A DNA stretch of 64,000 bases from the human T2T-CHM13v2.0 reference genome, Homo sapiens. The notes under the pieces are model-generated. The model was not told the origin of the DNA. It searched no databases and saw only the letters and a program-made list of their open reading frames with translations. Numbering within the stretch: the first letter of the stretch is position 1; every line of letters starts with the position of its first letter. Both the position numbers and the translations under genes were made by a program. The stretch is from NCBI RefSeq assembly GCF_009914755.1, contig NC_060930.1. One strand, 5' to 3'. Positions 61,601 to 64,000 of the stretch are shown here, piece after piece.

Positions 61601-61959
61601 TCTTTTCCTATCCATTTCTACGTGTCCATTTTCGCAGTTGCCTGACATGTAGGCATTTCTCAACTAGTTCTAGCTTTTTCTCAGAGGGAATTGATTCATG
61701 TGTGAAATGTTTATTCTGTAACTTTGTGGGAGGTGGGAAAGTCAGGAGCCTCATATTCCACTGTCTTCCTGATGTCATCCGTCTAGATTTATTTTTATTT
61801 AACAAAGCTACTTTTAATTTTTATCATCTTTTATTTGTACACACAAATATGTACACAACAAAACATGTTTTGTTTGGGAGGTTTTGTCAGTGCCAATGGC
61901 AGAATCACACAGTTATAAGTTTAAAAAATATTCTAGTTAAAATAGACATCAAATAGTGT

Positions 61960-62090
61960 CTGACATAATCTTTTCCATTTTAGACGAGAAAACTCGTAAA
62001 TCAGGAGAGTGAGATAGCTTGACCAGAATTACAAAACAAGAAACTTGAAAGACTGGGTTTAGAATTTTGTAAGACTGGCTCTTTGTCAAC
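61960..62090 (-). mobile_element. MIR fragment
   Basis: ccattttagacgagaaaactc...gagagtgagatagcttgaccagaattaca. Confidence 0.55.
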
Positions 62091-63702
62091 TACAAATTTG
62101 CTTACAAACTCTTTGGCTTATATTTGGTATCCAAATTTTGCCAGCGACAACTTTTACTGCACTTTGCCTGTAGGTTCCAAAATATATTATTTTCCCATTT
62201 ATAAAAGTGTAGTATCATTTACATGTTTCTAAATTCTGGCCCTTAACCTGTTGTTTGTAACACTTCATAGATGATAGCCAACAATGATTGCACAATCACA
62301 CTTTAAATTATTTATCACATCACATTTTTAATCCTCAGTATCTAGAGATTTCAATTGATTTAATGTTTTTCTTCACTTGTCACAGAGAAGAGGTTTCACA
62401 GCTATACATCTCAAACACTTTTCAGTTTGCAAATTGTTCTCATTGATAGAGAAAAAGCAAATATATTATATTTAGTAGTTCTTTTTGTTTCTTTAAGATT
62501 TGCCTAAAATGTTGAGTATATCCATATTCATAAATGTTCTTGCTCTTTTTGATGTATTTTACTAGTGCCAATTTATTTTTGTAGTATACACACTGGGACT
62601 ATGATATTTTCATTCTATACACGTATTTGTCCATAGTTAAGTATCCCTTCTTTACCTATTATGAAATACATTAATCCTTATTGGAAAATTATCTGAGCTG
62701 CTACATCACTTGTTTTTATAGTGCTCCTTTTTCTTCTACTTATCATTTATTAAATTTACAGAATTTTATTATTAAAATGTCTCAATCAGATCCTTTGCTA
62801 GGTGCTTGTCTAAGCATTTTATATATTTTAATTCATTCAAGCTTCTTAACAAAGCCTTGGATATGCACAATTATTATCCTTCTGTTACAGATAATGCAAA
62901 AGTTTATATCATTCATAAGTGGCATGTCCAGAATTGGGTGGTTTTTGTCAGTGTCCTATATTGTCTTCAATCTCTTAAAATTTTCTAAGTTGTTATATTA
63001 TATTACCACAGAATTATTTCATTATCTTCTTAAATATTAAAATCTGCTTTTCTGCAGAGAAGAATGTACTTCCAACTATACTCATGAAGTTGATACATTT
63101 TTTCCCTACATTTCTCATCACTATTTCTCTGTAGGCAGGATGGTCTTTTTGTCAAAATTAAGTAAAAATTGAAGTTTCCTTGTTATGTTCCCAATCTTCT
63201 GGAAGATGACCCTGTCAGCCAGTCAAGGAAAGAATTTATTAAATGGTTTTTATTAGATGCACAGTGGAAGAAAATGATCTTTTTCTAAAACTTCATCTAA
63301 ATACACTCCATCATGATTTCACTAGCATTTCATTGATTTAAAACCAAATCAAGACCATTTTGAAAATTTAATCTTTAGAAATAAAAGTCATATATTTGAA
63401 GGTAAAAACTTCCAGTTATTGCTGGAGTTGTAGCAGCTTAGATAGGCAGTCAATCTTACACCGAAAACATGACTATCCTGATGAAGGTTTGATTGGGCTG
63501 AGTTTGTGACTGGTTGGAGTTAGAAAGCAGGGAGGTTAGAGAAGAACAGACCTCCCAACCCAGGGAAACAGAAAGTGTCTAATGCAAATAATTTTTTTAA
63601 AAATTTAATTGGAAAGTATTTATACTGCTTCCTTTAGTTTTATCAAAGTTTACTGACTCTGAGTTATCCAACTCATAGTAAAAGATTTACAGGGGTAACT
63701 TG

Positions 63703-64000
63703 GGCTGGGCGCAGTGGCTCATGCCTGTATTCCTAGAACTTTGGGAGGCTGAGGCAGTTGGATCACTTGAGGTCAGGAGTGTGAGACCAGTCTGGCCAAC
63801 ATGGTGAAACCCCGTTTCTACTAAAAATGCAGAAATTAAGGACTGGGGGTGGTGCATGCCTGTAATTGCAGCTACTCGGGAGGCTGAGGCAGAAGAATCA
63901 TTTGAACTCAGGAGGCAGAGGTTGCAGTGAGCCGAGACTGTGCCACTGCACACCAGCCTGGGCAACAGAGCAAGATTCCATCTCAAAAATACAAAATAAA
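63703..64000 (+). mobile_element. Alu (AluS family), full length
   Basis: ggctgggcgcagtggctcatgcctgta...cactgcacaccagcctgggcaacagagcaagattccatctcaaaaa. Confidence 0.97.

Larger units (their letters stand above)
54430..61790 (-). mobile_element. Long decayed L1MA (L1MA8/9-like) with nested Tigger3a and MLT2
   Basis: 3' end ...ctactctcttagcaaa...tacattagatctctagaa, decayed ORF2 peptides on - (LIKTIYKKPTTNII; IFFDHNGIKPKIGN) and a 5'-UTR-like region at 60.5-61.8 kb. Confidence 0.85.

Overview
AT-rich primate (most likely human) genomic DNA that looks intergenic or deeply intronic. I recognise no conserved host protein-coding gene, RNA gene or CRISPR array. Much of the window is interspersed repeat: a Charlie3/MER1 hAT transposon remnant, MER45A, MER44A and Tigger3a DNA elements, ERVL/MaLR/ERV1 LTRs, Alu, MIR, L2, L3 and old L1M copies. 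Almost all long ORFs are L1 ORF2 pieces. The most notable structures are these. (1) All three polyadenylated L1PA insertions are 5'-inverted (twin-primed), with breakpoints within about 200 nt of each other just downstream of the RT domain; one appears to carry a very short 3' transduction. (2) There is a series of short, non-tandem local duplications (23-250 bp, 0.6-3.4 kb apart). One is a perfect 71-bp copy next to a snap-back hairpin, which suggests templated-insertion repair. (3) A non-repeat, motif-dense island at about 29.5-29.95 kb and several well-formed splice-site pairs suggest a possible unannotated spliced transcript. Repeat subfamily names come from recalled consensus sequences and need RepeatMasker/Dfam confirmation. 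I found no convincing evidence of a new protein-based system.
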